This document shows positions 1-16,010 of a stretch of 64,000 nt of DNA, in pieces. Each line of letters begins with the position of its first letter. The first letter of the stretch is position 1. The position numbers were made by a program, and so were the translations under genes. Origin of the DNA: the human T2T-CHM13v2.0 reference genome, Homo sapiens; assembly GCF_009914755.1 (NCBI RefSeq), contig NC_060925.1, one strand, 5' to 3'. Under the pieces are notes generated by a model. It did not search any database and was not told the origin of the DNA. It saw only the letters and a program-made list of their open reading frames with translations.

Positions 1-1218
<1,218 letters not shown>

Positions 1219-1266
1219 TTATTTTGCTCATTAGTTGATGCAGTTTCTTCCTAGCCTTGATGGTCT

Positions 1267-2282
1267 TTACAATTTGGCATATTTTTGCAGTGGCTGGTAC
1301 TGGTTGTTCCTTTCCATGTTTAGTGCTTCCTTCAGGAGCTCTTTTAGGGCAGGCCTGGCGGTGACAAAATCTCTCAGCGTTTGCTTGTCTGTAAAGTACT
1401 TTATTTCTCCTTCACTTATGAAGCTTAGTTTGGCTGGATATGAAATTCTGGGTTGAAAATTCTTTTTTTTAAGAATGTTGAATATTGGCCCCCACTCTCT
1501 TCTGGCTTGTAGAGTTTCTGCTGAGAGATCCGCTGTTAGTCTGATGGGCTTCCCTTTGTGGGTAACCCGACCTTTCTCTCTGGCTGCCCTTAATATTTTT
1601 TCCTTCATTTCAACTTTGGTGAATCTGACAATTATGTGTCTTGGAGTTGCTCTTCTCGAGGAGTATCTTTGTGGCATTCTCTGTATTTCCTGAATCTGAA
1701 TGTTGGCCTGCCTTGCTAGTTTGGGGAAGTTCTCCTGGATAATATCCTGCAGAGTGTTTTCCAACTTGGTTCCATTCTCCCCGTCACTTTCAGGCACACC
1801 AATCAGACGTAGATTTGGTCTTTTCACATAGTCTTATATTTCTTGGAGACTTTTTTCGTTTCTTTTTATTCTTTTTTCTCTAAACTTCCCTTCTCGCTTC
1901 ATTTCATTCATTTGATCTTCCATCACTGATACCCTTTCTTCCAGTTGATTGCATTGGCTCCTGAGGCTTTTGCATTCTTCACGTAGTTCTCGAGCCTTGG
2001 CTTTCAGCTCCATCAGCTCCATTAAGCACTTCTCTGCATTGGTTATTCTAGTTATACATTCATCTAATTTTTTTTCAAAGTTTTTAACTTCTTTGCCATT
2101 GGTTTGAATTTCCTCCTGTAGCTCGGAGTAGTTTGATTGTCTGAAGACTTCTTCTCTCAACTCGTCAAAGTCATTCTCCGTCCAGCTTTGTTCCATTGCT
2201 GATGAGTAACTATGTTCCTTTGGAGGAGGAGAGGTGCTCTGCTTTTTAGAGTTTCAGCTTTTCTGCTCTGTTTTTTTCCCAT
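1267..2282 (-). pseudogene. L1 ORF1p, inactivated
   Basis: ATG GGA AAA AAA CAG at 2282. Length is 1016 nt vs 1017 expected, from a 1-nt deletion near codon 10. TGG>TAA stop at 1834-1836 (EI*DYVKRPNLRLIG). The coiled-coil, RRM and CTD sequences appear in ORFs 1834-2196 and 1267-1827. Confidence 0.95.
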
Positions 2283-3326
2283 CTTTGTGGTTTTATCTAC
2301 TTTTGGTCTTTGATGATGGTGATGTACAGATGGGTTTTTGGTGTGGATGTCCTTTCTGTTTGTTAGTTTTCCTTCTAACAGACAGGACCCTCAGCTGCAG
2401 GTCTGTCGGAGTTTGCTAGAGGTCCACTCCAGATCCTGTTTGCCTGGGTATCAGCAGCGGTGGCTGCAGAACAGCGGTGGCTGTAGAACAGCAGATTTTC
2501 GTGAACCGCAAATGCTGCTGCCTGATCGTTCCTCTGGAAGTTTTGTCTCAGAGGAGTACCCGGCCGTGTGAGGTGTCAGTCTGCCCCTACTGGGGGGTGC
2601 CTCCCAGTTAGGCTGCTCAGGGGTCAGGGACCCACTTGAGGAGGCAGTCTGCCCGTTCTCAGATCTCCAGCTGCGTGCTGGGAGAACCACTACTCTCTTC
2701 AAAGCTGTCAGACAGGGACGTTTAAGTCTGCAGAGGTTACTGCTATCTTTTTGTTTGTCTGTGCCCTGCCCCCAGAGGTGGAGTCTACAGAGGCAGGCAG
2801 GCCCTCTTGAGCTGTGGTGGGCTCCACCCAGTTCGAGCTTCCCGGCTGCTTTGTTTACCTAAGCAAGCCTGGGCAATGGCAGGCGCCCATCCCCCAGCCT
2901 TGCTGCCGCCTTGCAGTTTGATCTCAGACTGCTGTGCTAGCAATCAGCGAGACTCCATGGGCGTAGGACACTCTGAGCCAGGTGTGGGATATAATCTCCT
3001 GGTGTGCTGTTTTTTAAGCCCTTTGGAAAAGTGCAGTATTTAGGGTGGGAGTGACCCAATTTTCCAGGTGCCATCTGTCACCCCTTTCTTTGACTAGGAA
3101 AGGGAACTCCCTGACCCCTTGTACTTCCCGAGTGAGGCAATGCCTCGCCGTGCTTCAGCTCACACACAGTGTGCCGCACCCACTGTCCTGCACCCACCGT
3201 CCGGCACTCCCTAGTGAGATGAGCCTGGTACCTCAGATAGAAATGCAGAAATCACCCGTCTTCTGTGTCGCTCACGCTGGGAGCTATAGACCCGAGCTGT
3301 TCCTATTTGGCCATCTTAGCTCCACC
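2283..3326 (-). promoter_or_regulatory. L1 5'UTR with internal sense promoter and antisense promoter (ASP, firing on + strand)
   Basis: Position and sequence match the L1PA 5'UTR. The YY1 core AAGATGGCC is retained at ~3309-3318 (minus strand). Many CpGs have decayed to TpG/CpA. Activity is not shown by sequence. Confidence 0.8.
2876..3043 (+). pseudogene. L1 antisense ORF0 homolog, truncated (55 aa)
   Basis: MAGAHPPALLPPCSLISDCCASNQRDSMGVGHSEPGVGYNLL... matches primate L1 ORF0. An apparent 1-nt insertion creates TAG at 3041-3043, and the remainder (VGVTQFSRC) is in another frame from 3045. Confidence 0.85.
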
Positions 3327-3379
3327 TAAAGCCAGCTTTTCGCCATGATTTTAAAAAGCAAGTCTGAAGACCCAGGCCC

Positions 3380-4445
<1,066 letters not shown>

Positions 4446-4542
4446 TCCTAACCTCAGAGCTCCACCTTCCATCCCATGTTGTCTGTGTAGACAGGTGGCT
4501 GAGCACTCCTCATTCATGCAGCACTTTCTTCCCTTCCCGAAC

Positions 4543-5936
<1,394 letters not shown>

Positions 5937-6507
5937 GGCCAGGGAGGGTTTCCCTTCCATGTGGCCCTCGTTTGCTCTTCCCACCGAGCCCCCACCAGCT
6001 TCTCCACAGAGCTGCGATGTGTCTTGGCTCTGTCAATAAGTTTCTGTTCTATGCTCAGTCTCCTGGAAATCCATGCGTATAACCTCCCAGTCCAAATATT
6101 AGCAATGCCCTGAGCCAAAATCAGCATATTCTTTGAGCCTCCAAGCTGGTGGAGAAGCAGACAGAACCGTTCAAGTACAAATGTGTCTGTGCAGCAGGGC
6201 CTCCACAAAGGGCACCCAGCCAGGGGGGCAGAGGGGCCTCAGCTGGGTCCTGAGGGGCACGTTCCCAGCCACAGGTGCTGACATCATCCTGGACTTGAGC
6301 CTGAAGCACCCTGAGGCACAAGCTGGACATTCTCTGGGATCCTGAGATTTGCCACAGGCCACACACCAGTGGGGGCTTCTCAGGGGAGGCCTCCCTGGGA
6401 TGAAAGTCCCAACTGTCTCTTGACCTGAGAAAAGCAGGTGCTGCCCTTCTGTGTCCTGGCTGTCTTCTGGCCTTCATCCAGGACATTTCCAGCACCCCTT
6501 GGAATAG

Positions 6508-6859
<352 letters not shown>

Positions 6860-6919
6860 TATTGGTTGAATATTTTTAACCAGATAACACTGGAGTGGAG
6901 AGGCTGAACGTGACGAGTG

Positions 6920-7100
6920 CTGGATTGCTCTGGGACTTATTAGTGAGGTCACCTGGACAAGTTACTGAACTCTCTCTGGGCCTCAGTTTCTTCCTGTAGG
7001 AACTGGAGGTAACAACGGCCTCCCCCTCTTGGGCTGTGTGAGGATTAGTTGATGTGAAATGATCAGAATGGCACCTGGCACGCAGAGGGGCCTTCCATGC
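6920..7100 (+). mobile_element. MIR
   Basis: Core ggacaagttactgaactctctctgggcctcagtttcttcctgta...tgtgaggatta. Confidence 0.75.
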
Positions 7101-8584
7101 CAGCACTCACTGTTGCCACCTCATTGGTGGTACCAGGTGGGTCCGTGATGGAGGATGGGAAGGGAAAGACCAAGGAGGCAGGAGGCCGTTCTCCTGGGGT
7201 TGGGTGTCTGTGGTCAACAGACAGAGGGGACCTATGTCTCCTCCATACCCTCCTGCAGGCCCACGGGGCACTGGGGCATGACCCAGCAGCGCTCACTCCA
7301 CACTGGAAGCCTCCCTCCCCTGGCAAGCGTTGCTCTGTGTGGCATCTGTGCTGTGCATCTGCAGGTGCCCTCTCGGTGCGCCGTGGCTGGGGGAGTGGAG
7401 GAGGGCATGGATCTCCAGCATTCCTCATCACCTCTTCCAGCTCCTGGAGATATTTACAATCAGCCCAGGGAGAAAAGTGCCACATGTCAGAAACCATGAG
7501 AACATAAAGCAGGGCTGACTGGCAGGAGGGTCTGAAGGGGCAGAGTGGGAGCTGGACAGGGCAGATTGGGCCCTCCCCTGTGCAGGGGCCTGTGCTGTGG
7601 GTCGTACATGCAGGCGTGGTCTCTGTTTTCAAGATGCCTGGTTTCCAGCTGTGGGTCCTGGTGCCCATGCTAGGAGCTGAAGGGAGACAGTGAGTGATGC
7701 AAGAGGCTCAGAGGAAAGGCCGGGGGCTTCCATCCAGGGCCTGGTGGATCCTCCTGCTGGGGGTGGGTGAGAGGGGCTTCAGGACCAGGGAAGCCACCCT
7801 GGAGGAGACAGCAGATCCCGGCTTCCACGGACAGGCGAGAGGACATAGCAGGAAAAAGGGCACATGTGGGCAGGAAGAGGGTTGACAACACCAATGGCCA
7901 GACCCCCTCTGTGCTGGGGGGATCTGTGCTGTGCTGCTGCCCATCACAGCAGCCTAGCAGAGATGGGATGCCATGAGGATGATACATCTTTTAGACAATG
8001 GACTACAAATATTGAAAATGAGGATTTTAATATCCCTCTTTTACAGACAGGGAAAGTGGAGGTCAGAGAGGTTAAGACCAAGGCCAAGCAGCCCACAGCC
8101 AATGGGGCCAGGCTGTGAACGCTGCCTGTCAACCCTAGGGCCCTCACACCCACTCCATAGGCAGCTTCCCACATGGGGCTGGCACATGCCACCTGGACAC
8201 AGGGCTCCCTGCAGTCCCCACACCCCCCTACATTGGGGTCTGCAAGCACCAAGTGGAGGGCATGCTTTCCATTGGCTCTTAGAGACTGGCCCGTGGATGC
8301 GAGGGGCCCTTTGCAAACCTCTGATGGATTTGTATTTGAAACTGCAATGAACACCTTTCCCAGGTTGCCCTGCAAGATGCATTTTCAGAGCATAGATTAA
8401 TGGAAGTGCCATTTAAGTGTTTTGAAAATGTTTTCTCCATTAATCTCAATCAGGAGCCGATTACTACCAATAAGGCTCATGAAGACAGCATGAGTTAGAT
8501 GGAGTCTCAGGGCAAAAGAGCCCCAGGGCGAGGCAGCCCTCACAGCCCCAGGTGGGGGCCTGGCCCCGGGCCAAGCCTTCCTCA

Positions 8585-9064
<480 letters not shown>

Positions 9065-11859
9065 TCAAACTGTGTAATCTCTCTGATCAGTTTTTCTTAC
9101 CAATAAAATGCGCAACGACTTCCCTTGCTTACCTCCCAGGGCCATCACTGGGTCAGCTGTGATGAGCGAAGGAGGATGTCGTATGGCCGAGTGTTTGTGC
9201 TGTTAGGATTTTGCACCTGCTCTTTTTTCATTCATTCATTAGGCAAATAAATATTTAACATACCAGATGGAAAATAAAGCAAGGTACGGGGCGAGAGGAC
9301 AGAGAGGGGAGGGACTCTGAATGCTGCTTACACCTTTATCAACCAGGCGGCCAACTCTTTGCCCAAATTTCACCTCTTTCTGGCTTTAGGGAGCACTGTG
9401 AGCTATTTGGAAGCCCTTGCCGTCTGCCCCAGCACCATGCGGCACCTTTCTTGGGGTGAGGTGCTTGGTGGGCACCTGATGGGGGCAGAAGGATAAGCCC
9501 ACGTCAGCCTTCCTCTCACCACCGTCCCCACGTGGGCTCTGTGCTTGTGGCTGTCTTCTCTCGGGCATCTCTTTCCTACCTTCAGGGAGGCTGCCCCTCA
9601 GGTGCAGCCATTGCATACAGGCAGCTGCTTCTCTCTGGTACCAACATGGAGCATTTTGCAGTCATTTATCACATAAACATCAATAGACATTTTTTAAAAG
9701 AAACCAAATTAGAGGTCCTCCCCAACCCACTTCCTCTGCTCTACAAATTAAATTGCTTTGATTTTTCTTATTCTCTGCCAGATCTTGGAAATATCATTTT
9801 GTATTGCGTGTCACAGTGAGGGGCCTTTCATGAAGCAGCATTCCTGTTTTGGCCACGCTGGGAGGATGAGGGGGGGTGGGGGTGGGGGACAGCTAGGGAT
9901 TTGCCTGCCTGAGAGGGGATCCACATGGTGACTCCCATCCCACTTGCTGCATGGGAGCAAACAGGGCAGCCACGTCCTGGCCTGAAACTAAGCCTGTTGG
10001 TGCAGCTGACACGTTGTAAGAAAGCAGGCCGCTGTGGATGGCACTTTCTCATGGGCTAAACCCTCTCCTTCCTTCCTCTCAGTCTCTGGCTACAGTTGAG
10101 TCATGCTCCAGGCTCCTGGGAGGTGAAAGGTGGCTTCAGAGACCCTGGAACGTGGCCCAAAGCTGTCATGTTGCAGCTCGGATAAGGTGAAATGGGTCCT
10201 TGGCCAAGTTCAACAGTCTGGGCCTGCAGTGGGGAAGCCATCCCTGTCCCTAAAAACCGCTCCACTCTGACATAAAGATAATAATGTGTGGGTTTGTCAT
10301 GGTGGCGCTCATCCTCCCAGAACGCTGTCTTCTAGCCAGCAGTTGAGGGGACAAGAAGGGAGTGTCCCTGCATAGGGAGGGAGGGAGGCAGGATGGACTT
10401 GGCTTCACTTCCAGGGGGGCTCGGGGAATCCAATCTGTGCCCTTAGACCTGAGAGCACTGCTTATTTACTTTTGGGAGAACTTGAATGTATCTGAGAATT
10501 GGACCAAAGCTGAGAACCTAGTCCCCATAAACAAAGTGTACACCGGCTCACTATTCTCACGTTTGTAAGGTCTCAAAGAGCCCACAGACCCCAGGCCAAG
10601 AGGCCTTGATCCAGGACTGTGGGGAAGACTTCCTGCTCTGAGAAGAGGCTCAGAGAAGGTGCACTGCCCAAAGCTCAGGGAAGACAGAGCGAGGCTTGCA
10701 GGTGGCCCTTCCATGGTGCCCTGAGGAGAGGCCGCACAGTTCCCTGGGGGCCAGCGGGGCTCTTGGCATTATGGTCTGGGTGCTCAGGTGGCACCTAGAC
10801 CCTGGGAAAGAGGCCCTGGCAGTCCCCTAGCCCATGTCAGTCATCCTCTGTGAATGGCGATGGGGGCAGGAAGGACAGTCCTCTAGGAGTTTGTCTGGGG
10901 TGGACGCTGCAAGGCCAGGGTCCTTCAGAGCAGCCTCCATGGCAGATAAAGGGAGAGTGTGAATGAGGCTGCCAGGTGGGAAGCTATGGGTCGGGGTGTC
11001 TAAAGAGCCAGGCACTTCTTGCTGTCAGAGGAGAGTCAGAGGGGGCAGGAGCAATCCCCCCTCCACCATACTGCCCCTTCTCTATGACTCAAAGACGTCA
11101 GGCATGGCTGCTACCCACCGAGAGCCCTTCTGGGACTGGCAGGGTCCATCCACCTCACTCTGTTGCTGAGACCAGCAAACAGGGAGCACCCCTTCCCACT
11201 TGCTCGCTTCCTAGACGAGGGGACTCCCAGTCTCCCTTTCACTTTGGGCCCTGGTCTCACTCTGTAGCCAGAGGGGCCCAGTTGTGACTCCAGCTTCCCC
11301 ATCTTCTCCCTGCCCCCATAGCCACTGGGCCAGCCACTGAAGGCCAATGTTTGTGATTTCATTGATTCATGTACCTGCCCTGTGCCAGGCATGGGGCCAG
11401 GTGCTGAGAAAAGAGGCTGCAGTGACTGGCACTACACATGCTTGAGATCACAGGTGAGCTGCGGTCCTGGAAAAGGTGGCAGGGTAGGGGCCTCCTGGCA
11501 TCTGCAGGGCTCCTCCCTCCTTCTGCTAGTCCCATCAGCCACCCCATCTCTAAACACTTCTGAGCAGATTACCTTTCCAGCCTGACTTTAACAGTTTAAA
11601 AAGGTGAGGGCACCTCCCCCAGACCTTGCTCTTTAACTATATCCAGGTGCCCAGGGCCAGAGAGAGCTGCACGGTCCGAAGCTCAGAGCATCCTCACTAG
11701 CATTTCTGTAGCCCCTCAGAGTCCTAGGGTGCCCTGCCTGGTGGGTGCATGGGGCCAGCAAGGGCAGGTGGTGTCAACTCCCATCCTGGCATCGGATATA
11801 GGACCAGCGGTAGTGATCTCCCCCAAAAAACTGCCTACCTGGGTTTCCAACTTGCAGCC

Positions 11860-13130
11860 CATTATCTATTAATACTAAATAACTGCATCGATTCGATTGA
11901 TACTACTTGTTAGATCAAGCGGAGGGCCCTGGCCAGGGCTGAGCAAGGCCTGATTTACATGGAGATCGTTTAAAAGATTAACTTTAGTGAAAGCTTCGAG
12001 GTTTGGCAAATCCATAATTAATCAGCCTGGCTCAGAGCTTCTGTGATTGGGGGCTGATGGCGACTGTGCAAAAAAGCAGGGGTTGGGGCGGGGGAAAGGT
12101 GGAGAAAACTTCGCTCACCGCATTTGGGCAGGAGAAATCTGAGATTCAGAGACGTGGGAGTTCCGAATGAGATCATTTTTGTGCCTGGTTGCAGCATATT
12201 AGCTTGCACGTGACTTAAAAATAATGGCTTTCGTAGAATTGCAAAATTAGAGTTAAAAAGACCTGAACGGCTGTCCTCCTGGGAGTCAGGTTGAGATGAA
12301 ATTTGGTCCTTAAATCTGGCCTGTGTTTTTAGTAATTTATCAGGCCACCAGCAAGGCCTTTTTGCTCAGCGGTGGCGTTCAGAATCGTGTTTTCCTTACT
12401 CAACATTCCCAGGTGTCGTCCCCTCTTAAGCTGTCCTAGATGAATCTTCCAGAAGCAGGGCAGCCGACTTAGAGGCCTGAAGAGGTGGCATCCATCCTCA
12501 AGGACAAGCGAGGCCTCCAGCAGGTGGGGGACAGGAGGTGTCTGAGCCGAGAAGAGCTGTTTATTACAACCCTGAAAATGAGCTTGGCCATCTTTGATAA
12601 AAAATTAATGCTGCGATGACATCAACCTTTTGACCGCTTCCTAAGTGGCCCACAAATGTCAGAAAAGCTCCGTTCCTATTTGTACATTGTGAATTCCAGC
12701 ACATTTAGTCACTAATCTTAAGAGATTAATGCTTAGCTATTTGGGCTGCAGGAGCACAAATGTAATATTTATAAGTAGATTGCGAGTGATCCAAACTCAG
12801 TATTTCTACGGCAATGGGTTCAAAAAGACCTCCTCAGACACCACTGATTGTCACTCCTGCCAGCATATCCAAGCTGCAGGAAGCTCTGCAGAGTCTAAAT
12901 TGGAATGTGAAGATTTAGTACGGGGCTACACAATAATTTGCTATAAGCTGTATAAATAGTATTTTATTTGGGAATTCATTGAAAGGAAGTGTCGAAGGTC
13001 AAATCCTTCCCAGCAGTGAGTGCATACGTATTTAATTTTCAATCTCTAGTCTCTTTTATAATCCTGAGTGGCTTGGCTTCAGAAATATTTTTAGCAATGG
13101 GAAATTAAATGTCAATTTGAGAAAGCTCTC
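11860..13130. promoter_or_regulatory. Candidate conserved non-coding element / enhancer
   Basis: Largely AT-rich and repeat-free. Motifs: ATCGATTCGATTGAT (~11887), TGATTTAC (11951), TAATTAATCA (12015), CACGTGAC (12207), CATTGT (~12685). Conservation is inferred, not measured. Confidence 0.55.
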
Positions 13131-13829
13131 CCCTGGGATGGGCTGTCCTCTCCCTCTGCACACATTCTGCCGCCCAGGGACGAGGCGCAATCCCAGCTGG
13201 TCCTCTGGGGGAGAGTGGGTTACCCCTGAGCACTCAGCCCCTCAGACATTGCAGGTCCTCTAGGGTGAGCCTTGAGGTACAGGGAGCTCTGGGTTCCAGA
13301 ATATTCTCAGGGCCCCTTGCGACTCATCCTTTCCTTTCTAGGGTACCCTCTTTGGGGATTACAGAAATGAGCTCCAAACTACAGAGCAGACCTGGCAAGG
13401 GAGGCTCCAGGACGTGCTGCTGCCACGGGAGGGAAGCAGGAAGCAGGCAGCACTGGAGTCGGCGTCCGTGGGAAACACTGTGTCTCTGGGAAGCACTGTG
13501 TGTCTGAAAGGTTCTGGCCAGCACGCAGAAGTGCTATCTGGAGGGAGGGTGGGGGCAGGAAGTCCACGGGCAACCATCAGACTCTGGAGAGCTATGGAGA
13601 CGTTGGTACTGTTGGGAAGCACAGCCTGGGGCAGGGAAAGTTGTCTCTTGCACACTGGAAGGCGAATTTCTAGAGGGGAAGACCTCGTCGGGCGAATGCA
13701 CTGTTCCATTCCCAGCACCTAGACCAGTGCCCAGGGTGTAGGAGGCGCTCACTGAGTATCTGTTGTATGAATGGGATCTTTGGGGTGGGGGCTCTGAAGG
13801 AAGGGAGGAGATGGAGGCACACCTTGCTG

Positions 13830-14325
13830 CCTCTAGGATTTTACCGAGGGCCGATCACCACATCAGGGATTGTGTGGCTCTCATGACCCTGCCCTGCTCA
13901 GTTGCCTCTGGTGGCTTCCCGGAGCACATAGAGTCAAGTCCAGATGCCTTCCCGCATAGGTGATAGGTCAGGGCTCTGCAGTGGAGGCCCAGCACTGCCT
14001 CCCAGCAGCGTCCCTACCACATCCTCCCCTGAGTCCTATTCTAAAGTCATCCAGAGCACCTGGCTCTTCCTCTGACCCCCCACACTGTCCTCTCCACTAG
14101 GATGACATCCCCTCTCCCTCATCCATCACTCCTTCAAAGCCATGACTGCCCCACCCCACCACCCCTGTGCCTAATCAGAGTGATTCCCTGAGTGCCACGT
14201 CTTGTATTGCGTGGCCTTTGCATATTGGTTTCGGAGCTGGTTGTCTGTGTGCGTCTGATTCCTGCAGCTAGCACCGGTGCCTGGCACCACTGTAAGGGCT
14301 CAGTGGGTGTTTATTATTAAATGTT
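13830..14325 (+). mobile_element. LINE-2 fragment
   Basis: Degenerate L2 3' sequence ending ctggcaccactgtaagggctcagtgggtgtttattattaaatg. Confidence 0.55.
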
Positions 14326-14519
14326 ATTTTCTCTGGTCTGCTGGCAGCGATGGCAGAAGTCATCTTAGCAGATGGTTATTGCATACAAGCCACAGGCTGA
14401 ACGAAATACCCAGCACCTCTAATGGACGCCTCTAATGGAGAAGTTTCCTCCCCATCTTGAGATTTCTTGGAGTGCTTTCTGCTTCCACGAAATGCTCTTC
14501 CATTTGAGAGTGTTGTCAG

Positions 14520-14745
14520 AATTTGGGAGCCATAATGACCTGGGTTGCGATTAGAGCCCCACCACCTACAGGGTGTATGTCCTTGAGTGAGTTCCTAACC
14601 TCTCTGAGCATCCGTTTCCATACTGGATACACAATTGGATACACGTACCTCATATGGTGGTTGCGAGGTTGAAATGTAATGATTTATGTCAAGCCCTTAG
14701 CATAGTGCACGGCATATTTTAAGTGTTCAACACATGGAAACTATT
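14520..14745 (+). mobile_element. MIR
   Basis: gacctgggtt...ccttgagtgagttcctaacctctctgagc...tggttgcgaggttgaaatg...cttagcatagtgc. Confidence 0.8.
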
Positions 14746-14748
14746 CGC

Positions 14749-15104
14749 ATGGTGATGATGGTGATGAGGATGGAGATAATGATGGGCATAATGGTGGTGA
14801 TGATGATGGTGATAACTATGGTGATCATGATGGTGGTGATGATTATATCAATGATGGTGATTATGGTGGTGATGGTGATGATGACAGTGATAATACGGGT
14901 GATGATGATGGTGATGATGGTGGTAATGGTGGTACTGAAGGTGATGGTGATGATGGTGATGATGATGACAGTGATAATATGGATGATGATGATGGTGATG
15001 CTGGTGGCAGTGGTGAATGGTGATGCTGATGGTGGTGATGGTGATAATGATGATGATGGTGATGACAGTGCTGATAATATGGATGATGATGAAAGTGATG
15101 ATGG
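14749..15104. repeat. (GAT/GGT)n degenerate trinucleotide array, left part
   Basis: Continuous ATG/GTG triplets directly visible. Confidence 0.95.
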
Positions 15105-15496
15105 TATGTTAGTTCTCACATTGCTGTAAAGAGATACTTGAGACTGGGTAATTTATAAAGAAAAGAGGTTTAATTGGCTCACATTTCTGCATGCTGTACA
15201 GGAAGCATAGTGGCTTCTGGGGAGGCCTCAGGAAACTTTCAATCATGGCAGAAGGCAAAGGGGAAGCAGGCACATCTTACATGGCTGGAGCAGGAGGAAA
15301 AGAGAGTGGGGGAGGTGCTACACACTTTTAAACAACCAGATCTAGTAAGAATTCACTGTCACCACGACAGCACCAAGGGGAATGGTGTTAATCATGAGAA
15401 ACCACCCCTATGATCCGATCACCTCCCACCAGGCCCTACCTCCAGCATTGGGGATTACATTTCAACATGAAATTTGGGTAGGGACATAGATCCAAA
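15105..15496 (-). mobile_element. MaLR solo LTR, MSTA-like
   Basis: gagactgggtaatttataaagaaaagaggtttaattggctcac...ggggaggcctcaggaaact...cacacttttaaacaaccagatct...cacctcccaccaggccc. Confidence 0.9.
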
Positions 15497-16010
15497 GGTG
15501 GCAAATCTGCTGCTACTGCTGCTGCTGATGGGGATGTTGATGACAATGATGGCAATGATGGGGATGATGGTGGAGGTGATGGTGATGATGACGATGGCAG
15601 TGGTGATGACGGTGATAACATGGATGATGGTGATTATGGTGGTGATGATGATGATGGTGGTGAATCTGCTGCTGATGATGATGGGGATGATGATGACGAG
15701 GATGATGGAGATGTTGGTAGAGGTGCTGCTGCTGCTGATGGCAGTGGTGATGACAGCAATCACATGGATGATGGTGATTATGATGGTGATGGTGACAATG
15801 GTGGTGAATCTGCTGCTGCTGCTCATCAGGAGGATGATGATGATGGTGGAGGTGACAGTGATAATAACGATGGTGATGGTGATGACAGCGATAACATGGA
15901 TGATGGTGATTTTGGTGGTGGTGATGATGATGGTGGTGAACCTGCTGCCGATGATGATGATGGGTATGAGGATGAGGATGATGGGGATGATGGTGGAGGT
16001 GATGGTGACA
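15497..16010. repeat. (GAT/GGT/GCT)n array with ~132-159 bp higher-order units, right part
   Basis: ACATGGATGATGGTGATT recurs at 15618, 15762 and 15894. TGAA(T/C)CTGCTGC recurs at 15661, 15805 and 15937. Confidence 0.93.
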
